Virus record (IMG/VR): IMGVR_UViG_3300028920_000002
Coordinates: 122,724 to 186,723 of that record
DNA: 64,000 bases
Reading direction: 5' to 3' (one strand)
Source of the DNA: a virus
Shown here: positions 46,508-56,287 of the stretch, piece after piece
How positions within the stretch are numbered: position 1 is the stretch's first letter
Layout of the letters: each line of letters opens with the position of its first letter
Position numbers and translations under genes: made by a program
Notes under the pieces: generated by a model
The model's input: the letters and a program-made list of their open reading frames with translations, nothing else
What the model was told of the DNA's origin: nothing
Databases searched by the model: none

Positions 46508-49500
46508 GTGCCGGACCGCGAATTCGCCCCAGGAATACCGGCAAGTCGCGCGGTGCGCGCTCTGCCGAAGTTCAAGAAGCCTCAAACCTGGGAGATGGGG
46601 CTTCACCGCCATCAGGCTGAGCGCGCCGGCGAACACTTCGACCTGAGGTTAGGAGACCCATCCACCGGACGCGCTCATTCCTGGGCGCTGCGCAAGGGTC
46701 TGCCAGGCCCTGGGGAGCGGCGCCTGGCGGTGCAGCAGCCTACTCATACCCTGGCCTACATGGATTTCAAGGGCCCCATCAGTGAGGGCTATGGCAAGGG
46801 CAACGTAGAGCTCGCACAGCGGGACAAGACCGAGGTACTTCGCTCCGGTGACAACGAGGTCCGGTTCAACGTCTACCGAGGCAAGGAGAACCAGGAGTTC
46901 GCCCTCAGGCGCATGAAGAGCGCTGGTAACTGGTTCATTCAGAACGTCACCCCCAGTCGTAATACAGGTCCAGCCCAGAAGCTGCCTTCGAGCAAGCCGA
47001 AGTACAAACTCGTGGCGCCTGAGAAGCTGGACCCGGACGACCCGAATACGGAGATGCAGGCCAAGCTGGATGGGGCGCACGTGCTCTACCAGTTCAAGGA
47101 GCCGGGCAGTACGCCCAGGGTCTTCAGCTACCGACCTACCGAACGGGCTACCGGAATCATCGACCACACCCAGAAGCTCGAGGGTTTTGGCAAGCTCAGG
47201 ACGCCCAAGGCGCTCGCCAACACCACTCTGCGCGGCGAGCTCTACGCCGTGGATGAGCAAGGCAAGGCTCTACCGGCCGCTCGGGTCGGAGGGATTCTGA
47301 ACGCGGGAGTTTGGAAGAGTCGTGAGAAACAGAAGCAAGAAGGCCGGCTTGTCCCAGCCGTCTTCGACGTTGTCCAGCATCAAGGCAAGAACGTCGAGGA
47401 GCAGCCCTACGCCGAGAAGAAGAGAATACTCTCAGCGGCAACTCGAGCAGCTCCTTGGCTACAACGGCCTCGGACTGCGACCACGCCCGACGAGAAGCGA
47501 AGACTGATTGCCGACATCCAGGAGGGGCGGGAACCCTCTACAGATGAAGGCGTCGTCGTTTGGCACAAGGACAAGCCTGTACCCGCCAAGAGCAAATTCC
47601 AGGAAGAGAGGGATGTGTACGTCCGCCGCATCTTCGCCGAGGCCGGTGAGAAGCGGCGGGGCACGATGGCCGGTGGCTTCGAGTACAGCACGACGCCGAA
47701 GGGCCCCATCGTCGGGCGCATTGGGACTGGTTTGTCTCATGCCATGAAGAAGGACATGCTCGAGAATCCCTCGAAGTATGAGGGGCTGCACGCCCGCGCG
47801 AAAGCGCTCAAGACGCCGAAGGGTTACGCTCCGCGCAACCCAGTGTTCAAGAGCTTCCACCTCGACCAGGACATCCCGGAGGACGCGAAGACTGCCATGA
47901 AGAAGACAGCAGGCGCCGCCACTGAGTTCGTAGCTGGAGTAGACCCGTTCGGTGTCCTCTCTGGGAGGCTCGGTCAGGAGGCAGAGCGGGAGCAGGCGAG
48001 TGCGGCGCGCCATTACCGAGCCAGGGCGCTCGGGGCCGCCGGCGGTATGGTCGGCAGTGGGCTCATGGTGCCCTCTGTGGTGAGCGGCATCGTCCAGGGC
48101 GCGCAGGCTGCGGGCGGCGGTGGGGGCGGCGTACGGCAGCGTCTGGCACGCGGAGCGGCGGGTTTTGCCCAGGGCTTTCAACGACCCGTTCGAGGACTGG
48201 CCGACGCGGCCAGGACCACCAAGTTCCTCGGCCGAGCGGCCAGGACGCCCGGCGGTTCGACGGCTACAGCCGGTGAGCTCGCCGCTATCCAGAGGACTCT
48301 GAAGGAGACGCCGCTGGGGGCTCTGGCGCCCCACGTGGCCGGTGCCAAGGCTACTCCAGAGGCCACTGGCGAGGCGGGCCAGAGGATGCTTCAGGCCCTA
48401 CAGCGCTACAAGGCGACCGGCAAGCTCCATTTGAGCCCGGAGGAGGCGGCGAAATTCCATGGCCAGGCTAAGGGCGAGACCGCCAAGTTCATGGCCGGCT
48501 TGGGCCTCGGTGGCGCGGTAGGGGCTGGAGGGGCAGTCGCGCAGTACGAGAAGGGCAGGTCAGCGGAGAAGGGTATGCAGCAGCGACTCGAGGAAAAGAA
48601 GGCTGCGGTTCGAGGCTACTACAAGGGCCAGCCGGCGAGTCCTAGCACGGTCAAGTTCAAGACTGAGTATCAAGGCATCCCTATACATGTGGACCGACCA
48701 CGCGGCTTCATCATGATGGGTGAGGACGACAAGGGGAACTCTTGGAAGCGTCGCTACAAATACGACTACGGCTTCATCCCCAAGACCCTGGGCGGGGACG
48801 GTGATGGCCTCGACGTATTCATCGGCCCTCAGAAGAAGGCTGAACATGCCTACTGGGCGGTGCAGAAGAAGTCGGATGGCAGCTTCGATGAGTACAAGGT
48901 CTTCTTGGGCTTCGACAGCCGGGATGAGGCGGCAGCGGTCTACCGTAAGCACATCCCGAAGAAGCTCCTCGCTGGTCTGCTCACCATGCGGGTGGAGATG
49001 ATGAAGGCTATGCTTGGTGGCCAGGAGCCTGCAGAACGGATGCAGAAGGCGGCGATGGCGTTCGGTTTCGTCGATGAGCTGCAGAAGCTGGCCAAGATTA
49101 AGACCGAGCTCGAACCCCATCAGAGACGCGTGGTGGAGAGGATGAAGAAACAGCCGGGCTTGGTGGTAGCCCATGGGCTTGGCTCGGGAAAAACACTTAG
49201 CTCCATCGCGGCGCAGGACGCGTTGGGGCTACCATCCACTGTCATCGTTCCTGCATCTCTGAAGGCCAACTACGAGAAGGAGAGGGAGAAGCACATCGTC
49301 GGCACTTCTCCTGAAGCTGCGCTATCCACTCTGCAGCGTATCGCCCGTGCTGGTGAGGCACCGGCATCGCCGATGATGATTATCGACGAGGCCCACCGGG
49401 CGCGCGAAATTGGCACTAAGACCTACAAGGCTCTGAAAAATAACATCGCTGAGAAACGAATGCTGCTGACGGCTAGCCCCTTCTACAACCGCCCGAGTGA

Positions 49501-50497
49501 CATCGCCCCGTTGGTCAACATCGCCGCGGGCGACCAGGTCCTCCCAGGCGACCCCCAAGCGTTCAAGCAGAAGTACATTCGGGAGCGCACAATCAAGCCT
49601 GGGCTCATCAACAGGATTCGTGGCGTCAAGCCTGGGGTGGTGGCGGAGCTGAACCCTTGGCAGAAGAAGGACCTCAGCAAAGTGCTGCGAGAGTGGGTCG
49701 ATTACCACCCGAACAACCAAGAGGGTTACCCGCAGGTGCAGCGGGAGACCGTCGAAGTCCCGATGACGTCGAAGCAGCTCAAGCTGTACGACGGCCTCAT
49801 CGGTCAGGCGCCTCCGTGGGTAGCCATGAAAGTCAAGGCCGGGCTGCCACCATCGAAGCAGGAGTCTAAGGACCTCAATGCGTTCATGAGCGCCGTACGG
49901 CAGGTTTCTCTCTCGACTAGAGCTCACGCCCCAAAGGAGCCACCGCAGGAGCCCAAGATTGATATGGCCTTCACGCGTATGCATCAGGGGCTCGAGGGCA
50001 ACCCCAGGTTCAAGGGCCTGGTCTACTCGAACTACCTCGAATCGGGCATCAAGCCCTACCGTGAGCGACTCGAGCGTGCTGGCATCCCATACGGCGAGTT
50101 CACTGGTGACATGAAGAAGAAAGAGCGCGACCAGATGGTGCGCGACTACAACGAGGGCAGGAAGAAGGTGCTGTTGGTGAGCTCGGCCGGTGGCGAAGGT
50201 CTGGACTTGCAGGGCACGCGCCTGATTCAGATGATGGAGCCGCACTGGAACGCCGAGAAGCTCCGGCAGGTGGAAGGTCGTGGCATCCGCTTCAAGAGCC
50301 ATGAGCATCTGCCCAAGAACGAGCAGAGCGTGAAGGTCGAGAGCTACTTGGCCACGCGCCCGAGGGCAGGCATACTCGAGAAGATTCGGCTCAAGAAGCC
50401 TGGTGGCGGTGCTGATGAATACCTGACCACGTTATCGGGGCAGAAGGAACAGCTCATCGAGCAGTTCCGCGGTCTCATGAAGGAGGATGCAGCATGA
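46508..50497 (+). CDS. Polyvalent protein: LigD 3'-phosphoesterase + ATP-dependent DNA ligase (NTase+OB) + Gly-zipper region + inorganic-pyrophosphatase-like domain + SNF2 ATPase
   Basis: PE: HQAERAGEHFDLRL..SWALRKG..RLAVQQPTH..Y. Ligase: KLDG (K186), RGELY, VFDVV, EGVV, KSK, IGTG. PPase-like: DYGFIPKTLGGDGDGLDVFIG..DEYKVFLGF. SNF2: HGLGSGKT, IIDEAH, LLTASP, SAGGEGLDL, QVEGRGIR. Confidence 0.85.
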   Translation: MPDREFAPGIPASRAVRALPKFKKPQTWEMGLHRHQAERAGEHFDLRLGDPSTGRAHSWALRKGLPGPGERRLAVQQPTHTLAYMDFKGPISEGYGKGNVELAQRDKTEVLRSGDNEVRFNVYRGKENQEFALRRMKSAGNWFIQNVTPSRNTGPAQKLPSSKPKYKLVAPEKLDPDDPNTEMQAKLDGAHVLYQFKEPGSTPRVFSYRPTERATGIIDHTQKLEGFGKLRTPKALANTTLRGELYAVDEQGKALPAARVGGILNAGVWKSREKQKQEGRLVPAVFDVVQHQGKNVEEQPYAEKKRILSAATRAAPWLQRPRTATTPDEKRRLIADIQEGREPSTDEGVVVWHKDKPVPAKSKFQEERDVYVRRIFAEAGEKRRGTMAGGFEYSTTPKGPIVGRIGTGLSHAMKKDMLENPSKYEGLHARAKALKTPKGYAPRNPVFKSFHLDQDIPEDAKTAMKKTAGAATEFVAGVDPFGVLSGRLGQEAEREQASAARHYRARALGAAGGMVGSGLMVPSVVSGIVQGAQAAGGGGGGVRQRLARGAAGFAQGFQRPVRGLADAARTTKFLGRAARTPGGSTATAGELAAIQRTLKETPLGALAPHVAGAKATPEATGEAGQRMLQALQRYKATGKLHLSPEEAAKFHGQAKGETAKFMAGLGLGGAVGAGGAVAQYEKGRSAEKGMQQRLEEKKAAVRGYYKGQPASPSTVKFKTEYQGIPIHVDRPRGFIMMGEDDKGNSWKRRYKYDYGFIPKTLGGDGDGLDVFIGPQKKAEHAYWAVQKKSDGSFDEYKVFLGFDSRDEAAAVYRKHIPKKLLAGLLTMRVEMMKAMLGGQEPAERMQKAAMAFGFVDELQKLAKIKTELEPHQRRVVERMKKQPGLVVAHGLGSGKTLSSIAAQDALGLPSTVIVPASLKANYEKEREKHIVGTSPEAALSTLQRIARAGEAPASPMMIIDEAHRAREIGTKTYKALKNNIAEKRMLLTASPFYNRPSDIAPLVNIAAGDQVLPGDPQAFKQKYIRERTIKPGLINRIRGVKPGVVAELNPWQKKDLSKVLREWVDYHPNNQEGYPQVQRETVEVPMTSKQLKLYDGLIGQAPPWVAMKVKAGLPPSKQESKDLNAFMSAVRQVSLSTRAHAPKEPPQEPKIDMAFTRMHQGLEGNPRFKGLVYSNYLESGIKPYRERLERAGIPYGEFTGDMKKKERDQMVRDYNEGRKKVLLVSSAGGEGLDLQGTRLIQMMEPHWNAEKLRQVEGRGIRFKSHEHLPKNEQSVKVESYLATRPRAGILEKIRLKKPGGGADEYLTTLSGQKEQLIEQFRGLMKEDAA

Positions 50498-50964
50498 ACT
50501 GGCGCGTTTTTCTACTGGTCTTCCTCTTGCCCTCCATCGTCTGCGCCCAAGCTCTTCCGCCCATTCCGCCAGGCGAAGACCGCATCGTCCCGCTGCCCAA
50601 GGGTGAGAAGGCCCCCTACAGTGGTCAGCTCTTCGACCAGGATACGGCTCTGCGCTGGGCCAATTGGCTGCAGCAGTACAAGTTGAGGCTCAAAGAAGAG
50701 CAGAAGATGTGCTCGAAGTTGAGCTCTATCGAGCTGCGCTACCAGAGCAAGTTGCTCAACATCGAGAAGCGGCGTGCCAACGCTATAGAGAGCGACCTGC
50801 GTGCTAGGCTGAAGCGCTCGGAAGAGGCGAGGCTACAGGCCGAACACGAGGCCAGGAACCCGCCTTGGTACACGACGAGGACGTTCGGTATCATAGTGGG
50901 TGTGGTTGGCACCGCGGCCATCTTCAGCGCCTCCATCTGGGCCTTCAGCGCGACGAGTAACTAG
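50494..50964 (+). CDS. Exported coiled-coil protein with C-terminal TM (spanin-like partner)
   Basis: N-terminal signal, KAPYSG motif, coiled coil, PPWY + TM; no canonical lipobox. Confidence 0.5.
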   Translation: MNWRVFLLVFLLPSIVCAQALPPIPPGEDRIVPLPKGEKAPYSGQLFDQDTALRWANWLQQYKLRLKEEQKMCSKLSSIELRYQSKLLNIEKRRANAIESDLRARLKRSEEARLQAEHEARNPPWYTTRTFGIIVGVVGTAAIFSASIWAFSATSN

Positions 50965-51191
50965 TGGCTGAAATCACCATCGGCAGGGTCCTCGACAAGG
51001 ACACCGACAGCGTCTCGAGCTTCGAGAAGCACATCCTGGTGCCTGAAGAGTATGACCACATGGACCTGAGCTACACGGCCGGCAAGGTCAGCCAGGTGGT
51101 CTACAGGCAGGGTGGAGCAGGCGGTACCATCGTGGCTACCCTCACGCTGGGCTATACCTCTGGCCGCCTCAGCTCCGTGACGAGGACCTGA
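50964..51191 (+). CDS. Small virion-associated protein
   Basis: 75 aa; coupled; beta-hairpin-like sequence. Confidence 0.6.
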   Translation: MAEITIGRVLDKDTDSVSSFEKHILVPEEYDHMDLSYTAGKVSQVVYRQGGAGGTIVATLTLGYTSGRLSSVTRT

Positions 51192-51610
51192 TGGGCGAGC
51201 CGGCACTGGAGTTCAACCCATTCACCGGTACGCTGGATTGGGTTGCGCAGCCCGATGACGTGTCGGCGCCTGGGGAGTTCACCGTGCCCTCCGGCGCCAA
51301 CGTCGGTGACCTGGTCTACCCGTCGGGAGACCTGGCCATGGCGCAGGCCGACTACTCCAGTGCAGCCACGCGTGCCGTAGCGTTGATTGTAGACAAGCCC
51401 ACGAGTGCGACCGCCACTCTGCTCTTCGGTGGGAAGGTCAGTGGGTTCGCTGGGCTTACGGCGGGAGACGAACTATTCTTGGGTAGCACAGGAGCCTTCG
51501 TGAACAAGACCGGGCTGCCCTCGACCGATGGCTACATCATTCAGAGCATCGGCTCGGCCGTGGACCCCACGACCATCATCTTCAACCCCCAGATTCCGAT
51601 TGTACTCTGA
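51191..51610 (+). CDS. Head decoration/fibre-like protein
   Basis: C-terminal GLTAGDELFL..IQSIGSAVDPTTIIFNP resembles the C-terminus of 51943-53874. Confidence 0.55.
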   Translation: MGEPALEFNPFTGTLDWVAQPDDVSAPGEFTVPSGANVGDLVYPSGDLAMAQADYSSAATRAVALIVDKPTSATATLLFGGKVSGFAGLTAGDELFLGSTGAFVNKTGLPSTDGYIIQSIGSAVDPTTIIFNPQIPIVL

Positions 51611-51930
51611 TGGCACAGAAGAAGTACCGGCTCACGGACAAGGCGGACCCGTTCCTCAGGGAGGGGCAATTCAAGTTCACTGTCGGCTACGACAAAAACT
51701 ACGGCACTCCGCCTCTGCACGTTCGTGTGAAGAACCTGCCCGTCGTTACACTCCCAGACGACGGGATTGTGGTCACCACCAATGAGTTCACTCAGAAGGC
51801 ACTGGCTCTAATGATGGTTCCGCAAAGGACTGAGCGGAACGGTCAGAAGTGGCCTTCTGGATACCTGTTTGAAGACATCACAGGTCAGCCCGGTAACCCA
51901 GATGTCGACCTCGACACCATCCTGACATGA
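51610..51930 (+). CDS. Hypothetical protein
   Basis: TGATG-coupled 106-aa ORF. Confidence 0.65.
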   Translation: MAQKKYRLTDKADPFLREGQFKFTVGYDKNYGTPPLHVRVKNLPVVTLPDDGIVVTTNEFTQKALALMMVPQRTERNGQKWPSGYLFEDITGQPGNPDVDLDTILT

Positions 51931-51942
51931 GGTAGTTTTACA

Positions 51943-53874
51943 ATGTCATTCGCACTATTCGTAAATGCAGACGGCAACCTTGAGCAGATTGGTGTCGGCG
52001 ATACCCTGAATGTCGACGACATCGACGTTGCGGGTACTGGCAACATGACCATAGGTGCCAGTCTTGGTACCGGTGATGAGCTACAACTCGGAGCAGGTAC
52101 GAGTGGGGATGGAGACGTTCGGGTTCTGAGCGACCTCTACGTTGACAATGACCTCTACGTCACCGGCTCCTCAGCTATCTCGGTGGATGAGACGGTCACT
52201 GGTACGTTCAACGCCAACGGCAACGTCAACCTGGGCGACAACGTCTCCGCTGGAACCATCAACCTGGGTGGTGGCTCCAACGATTCGGTCTATCTGCTGG
52301 GCGACGCGCTCATCATGGGCAACAACACCAGGGGTATCGGCACCAGTGCTACGGACGCTGCTGATGAAATCTGGTTGAGCAGCGTTGTTGGTGGGGCGGG
52401 CAGCGGTATCAACCTAAACGCTACGGGAAACGGTACATCCGGTGCGGAAGCCATCGGCGTCTACACTGGGGGGCTGACCATCTCCCCGGCAACTGATGAC
52501 CTGCAGACGGTCATCGAGGCGCTGGATGCCGCTATCTCTGCGGGAGGTGGAGAAAGTCTTCAGCAGACCTACGCCATTGGCAACACCATCTCGGTGACGA
52601 CGGCCAACGGTGCGCTGCAGTTCAGCAACTCGACGGACGCCACCGATGTACTCGAGGTGTCACGCACGTTCGTGGGTGCGGGCATCGGCATCGACCTACA
52701 GATGGGCCCTGGCAACGAAGCCGTCACCGGCATCGGCATGAGTATCACGAGCGGCACCGGTGCTACCGGGGATATGCTGTTCATCAACAACCTCGGTAGC
52801 GGCGACGCAATCGAGATTCAGGATGGTGGCAACACGGTCTTTAGAATCTCTGGCAGCGGCGCCGTAACAGTGGGCAACAATTCGGTCGGCAGCACCACTA
52901 TCAACGGTACCTTCGTACAGATTTCGCCGCAGACGAACATCGACATGCTCCCTGGCGCCAACAGCGACGTCAACATGACGGTGGGTGGGTCAGGCAGCGT
53001 CGATATCACTAACAGCAGTACTCCCACGGGTACTCTGGTCCGAATCAACAACACAGGTACCGGGCTCGCGCTGGACGTTCAGGATGGTGGCACCCCTGTA
53101 CTACAGGTCGATGGCGCCGGTGCCGTGGATATCACTCCTACCTCTGGGCAGTCGCTGACCATGACGACTGCTGGGGTGGGTGACGTTGACATCAACGTTG
53201 GTGGGAACTTCACGGTCGATGCCTCGTCGAACCTGTCCCTCGACGCGGCGGGGGCAGTGAATCTGACTGCATCCGGCTCGAGCAGCGTGACGGTGAACGC
53301 GTCCGGGACCGGCAACGTGACTGTCGACGCTGTAGGTGGTGAGCTCTTCCTCGACGATACTGGCAGTTGGGGCGGCTCACTCTCTCAGTCTGGCGACCGT
53401 ACCCTCACTCAGACTGGTGCTGGTGAAGTCCTCAACGGCGCTACTTCTCTCATCGGCGCCATCAACCGCCTGGCGGACAACATCGAGGATGAGGGCGTTG
53501 AGCAGTTTGTCTCATATCCCATCGAGAACGGTGTGACTCTCGCCGCTGGAGATTGCGTGTCTCGAGGGGCCACCGCTGGTCGGGTGCAGCTGTCCGATGC
53601 TGATGGCACTGCTGACCAGAAGAAGTTCGTGGGTATCTGCAGAACTGGTGGAACCGGTGATGCTGGAGGTACGGTCATAGCTACCGTGTGGACTCCGGGT
53701 GCTCTGTGCACCGGCGCGGGCTTCACAGCAGGTGGAGCTCTGTTCGTGCCGGATACTCCGGGAGACCCCACAAATGCGGCTCCTTCTACTACCGGTGACC
53801 TGCTACAGCGCGTGGGCTGGGCTCTTTCCACAACCCAGTTCATCCTCGACCCGGGTCCGCCTGTCATCTTGTAG
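51943..53874 (+). CDS. Gly/Thr-rich fibre protein with capsid-cement-like C-terminal domain
   Basis: Beta-repeat shaft with a duplicated DGG..V..I.G.GAV module; C-terminal GFTAGGALFV..LQRVGWALSTTQFILDP. Confidence 0.6.
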   Translation: MSFALFVNADGNLEQIGVGDTLNVDDIDVAGTGNMTIGASLGTGDELQLGAGTSGDGDVRVLSDLYVDNDLYVTGSSAISVDETVTGTFNANGNVNLGDNVSAGTINLGGGSNDSVYLLGDALIMGNNTRGIGTSATDAADEIWLSSVVGGAGSGINLNATGNGTSGAEAIGVYTGGLTISPATDDLQTVIEALDAAISAGGGESLQQTYAIGNTISVTTANGALQFSNSTDATDVLEVSRTFVGAGIGIDLQMGPGNEAVTGIGMSITSGTGATGDMLFINNLGSGDAIEIQDGGNTVFRISGSGAVTVGNNSVGSTTINGTFVQISPQTNIDMLPGANSDVNMTVGGSGSVDITNSSTPTGTLVRINNTGTGLALDVQDGGTPVLQVDGAGAVDITPTSGQSLTMTTAGVGDVDINVGGNFTVDASSNLSLDAAGAVNLTASGSSSVTVNASGTGNVTVDAVGGELFLDDTGSWGGSLSQSGDRTLTQTGAGEVLNGATSLIGAINRLADNIEDEGVEQFVSYPIENGVTLAAGDCVSRGATAGRVQLSDADGTADQKKFVGICRTGGTGDAGGTVIATVWTPGALCTGAGFTAGGALFVPDTPGDPTNAAPSTTGDLLQRVGWALSTTQFILDPGPPVIL

Positions 53875-53902
53875 TTCTTCCTGGCATGACTAGAATGGCG
53901 AC

Positions 53903-54700
53903 ATGGCCGCTAGGAAGAACGCCAAGAAGGCAGTAGGCAAGAAGAAGACTTCATCGAAGTCGTCACAACCGGTGTCTTCGGCACCGTCACAACAGGCCGA
54001 GCTCGACGAGCTCAGAGCCATGAAAGAAGAAGCCGCCAAAGAGCTTGCTGAGCTCAAGAAGGCCAGAGAGGACTTCAAGAGAGAGCAGGACTTGGCCCGC
54101 ATCAACCAGGAGATGGCAGCGGGTAACGCCCCTCCCATTCAGCCTCCTCAGCCGCAGGAGACAGAGAAGGAGCGGGAGGAGCGAGAGAGGAAGCAGGAGC
54201 TCGAGGAGCGTGCTCGAGCACGAGAGGAGCGGCGCCTAAGGCGCATGGAAGAGCGTGAGCGGGCAGCAAAGGCTGCAGAGCCATCTCCGGTCTCCAGCTT
54301 GGATGAGGCTCGGGCTAAGAAGGCCAAGCCACCGGCCCCTGAGAAGGAGCCAGTCACCCTGCCGATGGATGAGCTCCACAAGTACAAGCTCGCCACTTTC
54401 AACCGCGCCTACCAGGACGCGGTAGAGAAGCTCAAGGGTCCGCTGGTTCAGAAGTACAACCAGCTGCTCAACGAGGAGCTGCAAGAAGTAGCTAAGAACG
54501 ACCCAGAGTGCATCCAGGCTCGTAGGGACCAGATTGGGTGCATCAACGAGCTCGTGAAATTGCTCGACCCTCAACTACCTGAGGGCTACGCCATCACTCA
54601 GTGCTTGACTGACAAGGGCGTGGTCGTGGCCCAGTACGTTCCTGACCGAGCCGGGAAGCCGCTGCCACTACCAGAGGAGCTGGCTCCGAAAGAGGGGTAA
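53903..54700 (+). CDS. Charged coiled-coil protein with Lys-rich N-terminus
   Basis: TAGAAT 6 nt before the ATG; ERER-rich. Confidence 0.7.
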   Translation: MAARKNAKKAVGKKKTSSKSSQPVSSAPSQQAELDELRAMKEEAAKELAELKKAREDFKREQDLARINQEMAAGNAPPIQPPQPQETEKEREERERKQELEERARAREERRLRRMEERERAAKAAEPSPVSSLDEARAKKAKPPAPEKEPVTLPMDELHKYKLATFNRAYQDAVEKLKGPLVQKYNQLLNEELQEVAKNDPECIQARRDQIGCINELVKLLDPQLPEGYAITQCLTDKGVVVAQYVPDRAGKPLPLPEELAPKEG

Positions 54701-54703
54701 TCT

Positions 54704-56278
54704 GTGGCTGATGTCACCGTCCTATATGTCAACTCAGACGGTAGCCTGACGCAGCTTCAGGACGGCGACAATCTGCTCACCGACAACCTCAACCGGAAGT
54801 CCTCTTCTGGTAACATCACCATCGGTGGGAATGTCACTGGTGCCGGTGAAGACGTTGTAATCGGTGCCAGTCTATCTGCCACTGGCGAGGTCCTCCTGGG
54901 CTCGGTTGCCTCACAGGCTCGAGTCTTGGGGGACTTCGTGGTGGATGGTGCGTTGGGTGCTGACCTGGATGGTGGCGCATTCGACATTTCCAATATCACC
55001 GTACTGACGTTTGCTGGTTCTAGTGCCACCAGTGGTGACATCAACCTGCCAGACGACGGAAGCATCTTCAGCTACGGAGGGGGTGCTGAGAGACGGCTCT
55101 TCAACGTAACTGGCTCGGCTGTCTTCCTGGGTGAAAACGGTGCGGGGGGAGCTTCAGGTGTAGTCTCAGCGTTCGACATTGAAGCCTCTACCAACGTCGA
55201 CTTCAGTATCGGAGCAGCGGATGACGTAATAGTCTCCATCCAATCTGGCTTCATACAAATTCTAGAAGCGGGTGGTACCCCTAGCAGCCTGCGCTTCTAC
55301 GATGGAGATACCTCCAACTACGTTGCCTTTCGTGCGCCTAGCACCATCGGTGCAGATGTAACGTGGATTCTGCCAACGACAGATTCTACTGGCACTCAGT
55401 ATCTGCGCAGTGACGGTGCTGGTAATCTGTCGTGGGGAACCATAGCAGGTGGTGGTGACGTAACTGGCCCCGCGTCTTCCCTAGACAACGTAGTCTGCCG
55501 GTTCGACGGAACCACAGGCAAGGCTATCCAGGGCGGCACGTACGCACCAACCTACGACGACCTGGGGAACTTCTACGTCAACGCAGATGGTGGGACCATC
55601 AGCCCGTATGACCCTAAGCTCATGGGGTTCGCCAACCTCAGCTCTGGGGAGGCTGGTCGGTTCCAGTTTGGCGACGCAGCGAATGCATTGCAAAACGGTT
55701 ACGACCAGTGCATGCAGCTCTACTCGTACCACACGCTTGTTCTGATGGGGGACAGGCAGAGCGGAACCGGCCCTGCATTCGTTGCTGGCACTGCAGAAGA
55801 TATCAGCCTACTCGTCCTGAACTCAGTGGCGGGCGATGTGGTTGAGGTTGTGCGCGGTGCTGCAGGTCAGACGGCTGATTTGCAACAGTGGCAAAACAGC
55901 GCTGGGACTTCGCTGGCGTCCATCACCTCGGCTGGTCACCTGAACCTCATCAATCACGACGTCGACAACGCCCGTACCGTCTCCTTCAACGCCGCCATCA
56001 CCGGCAGTGGTGCTGGAGGCGGCATCAACTGGACCAATGGGCAGAAGCAGCAGTTCACCATGACTGGCGCCGGTGCGCTGACCTTCACGGCGCCGCCCGG
56101 ACCCTGCCAGCTCACGCTCGTGCTCATCAACGCCGGTACCTACGCGCCTACCTGGCCGGCGGCGGTGGGCTGGGCTGGGCAGACCGAGCCACCGTGGACG
56201 CTGACCGGCACCGACATCGTGACCTTCTACTACGACGGCACAACCTACTGGGGCGTCGCCTCCCTCAACTTCGGATAG
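54704..56278 (+). CDS. Fibre-like virion protein
   Basis: N-terminus LYVNSDGSL.Q...GD.L matches 51943 (LFVNADGNLEQ...GDTL); C-terminal TWP..V.W..DIVTFYYDG module. Confidence 0.6.
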   Translation: MADVTVLYVNSDGSLTQLQDGDNLLTDNLNRKSSSGNITIGGNVTGAGEDVVIGASLSATGEVLLGSVASQARVLGDFVVDGALGADLDGGAFDISNITVLTFAGSSATSGDINLPDDGSIFSYGGGAERRLFNVTGSAVFLGENGAGGASGVVSAFDIEASTNVDFSIGAADDVIVSIQSGFIQILEAGGTPSSLRFYDGDTSNYVAFRAPSTIGADVTWILPTTDSTGTQYLRSDGAGNLSWGTIAGGGDVTGPASSLDNVVCRFDGTTGKAIQGGTYAPTYDDLGNFYVNADGGTISPYDPKLMGFANLSSGEAGRFQFGDAANALQNGYDQCMQLYSYHTLVLMGDRQSGTGPAFVAGTAEDISLLVLNSVAGDVVEVVRGAAGQTADLQQWQNSAGTSLASITSAGHLNLINHDVDNARTVSFNAAITGSGAGGGINWTNGQKQQFTMTGAGALTFTAPPGPCQLTLVLINAGTYAPTWPAAVGWAGQTEPPWTLTGTDIVTFYYDGTTYWGVASLNFG

Positions 56279-56287
56279 GAACGGACC

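Noticed and set aside
32756-50308. Long antisense ORFs in the track (e.g. 35384-36475, 38366-39301, 40743-41663, 47459-48334, 49322-50308)
   Set aside because: They are shadows of GC3-rich sense genes, with no motifs or start signals.
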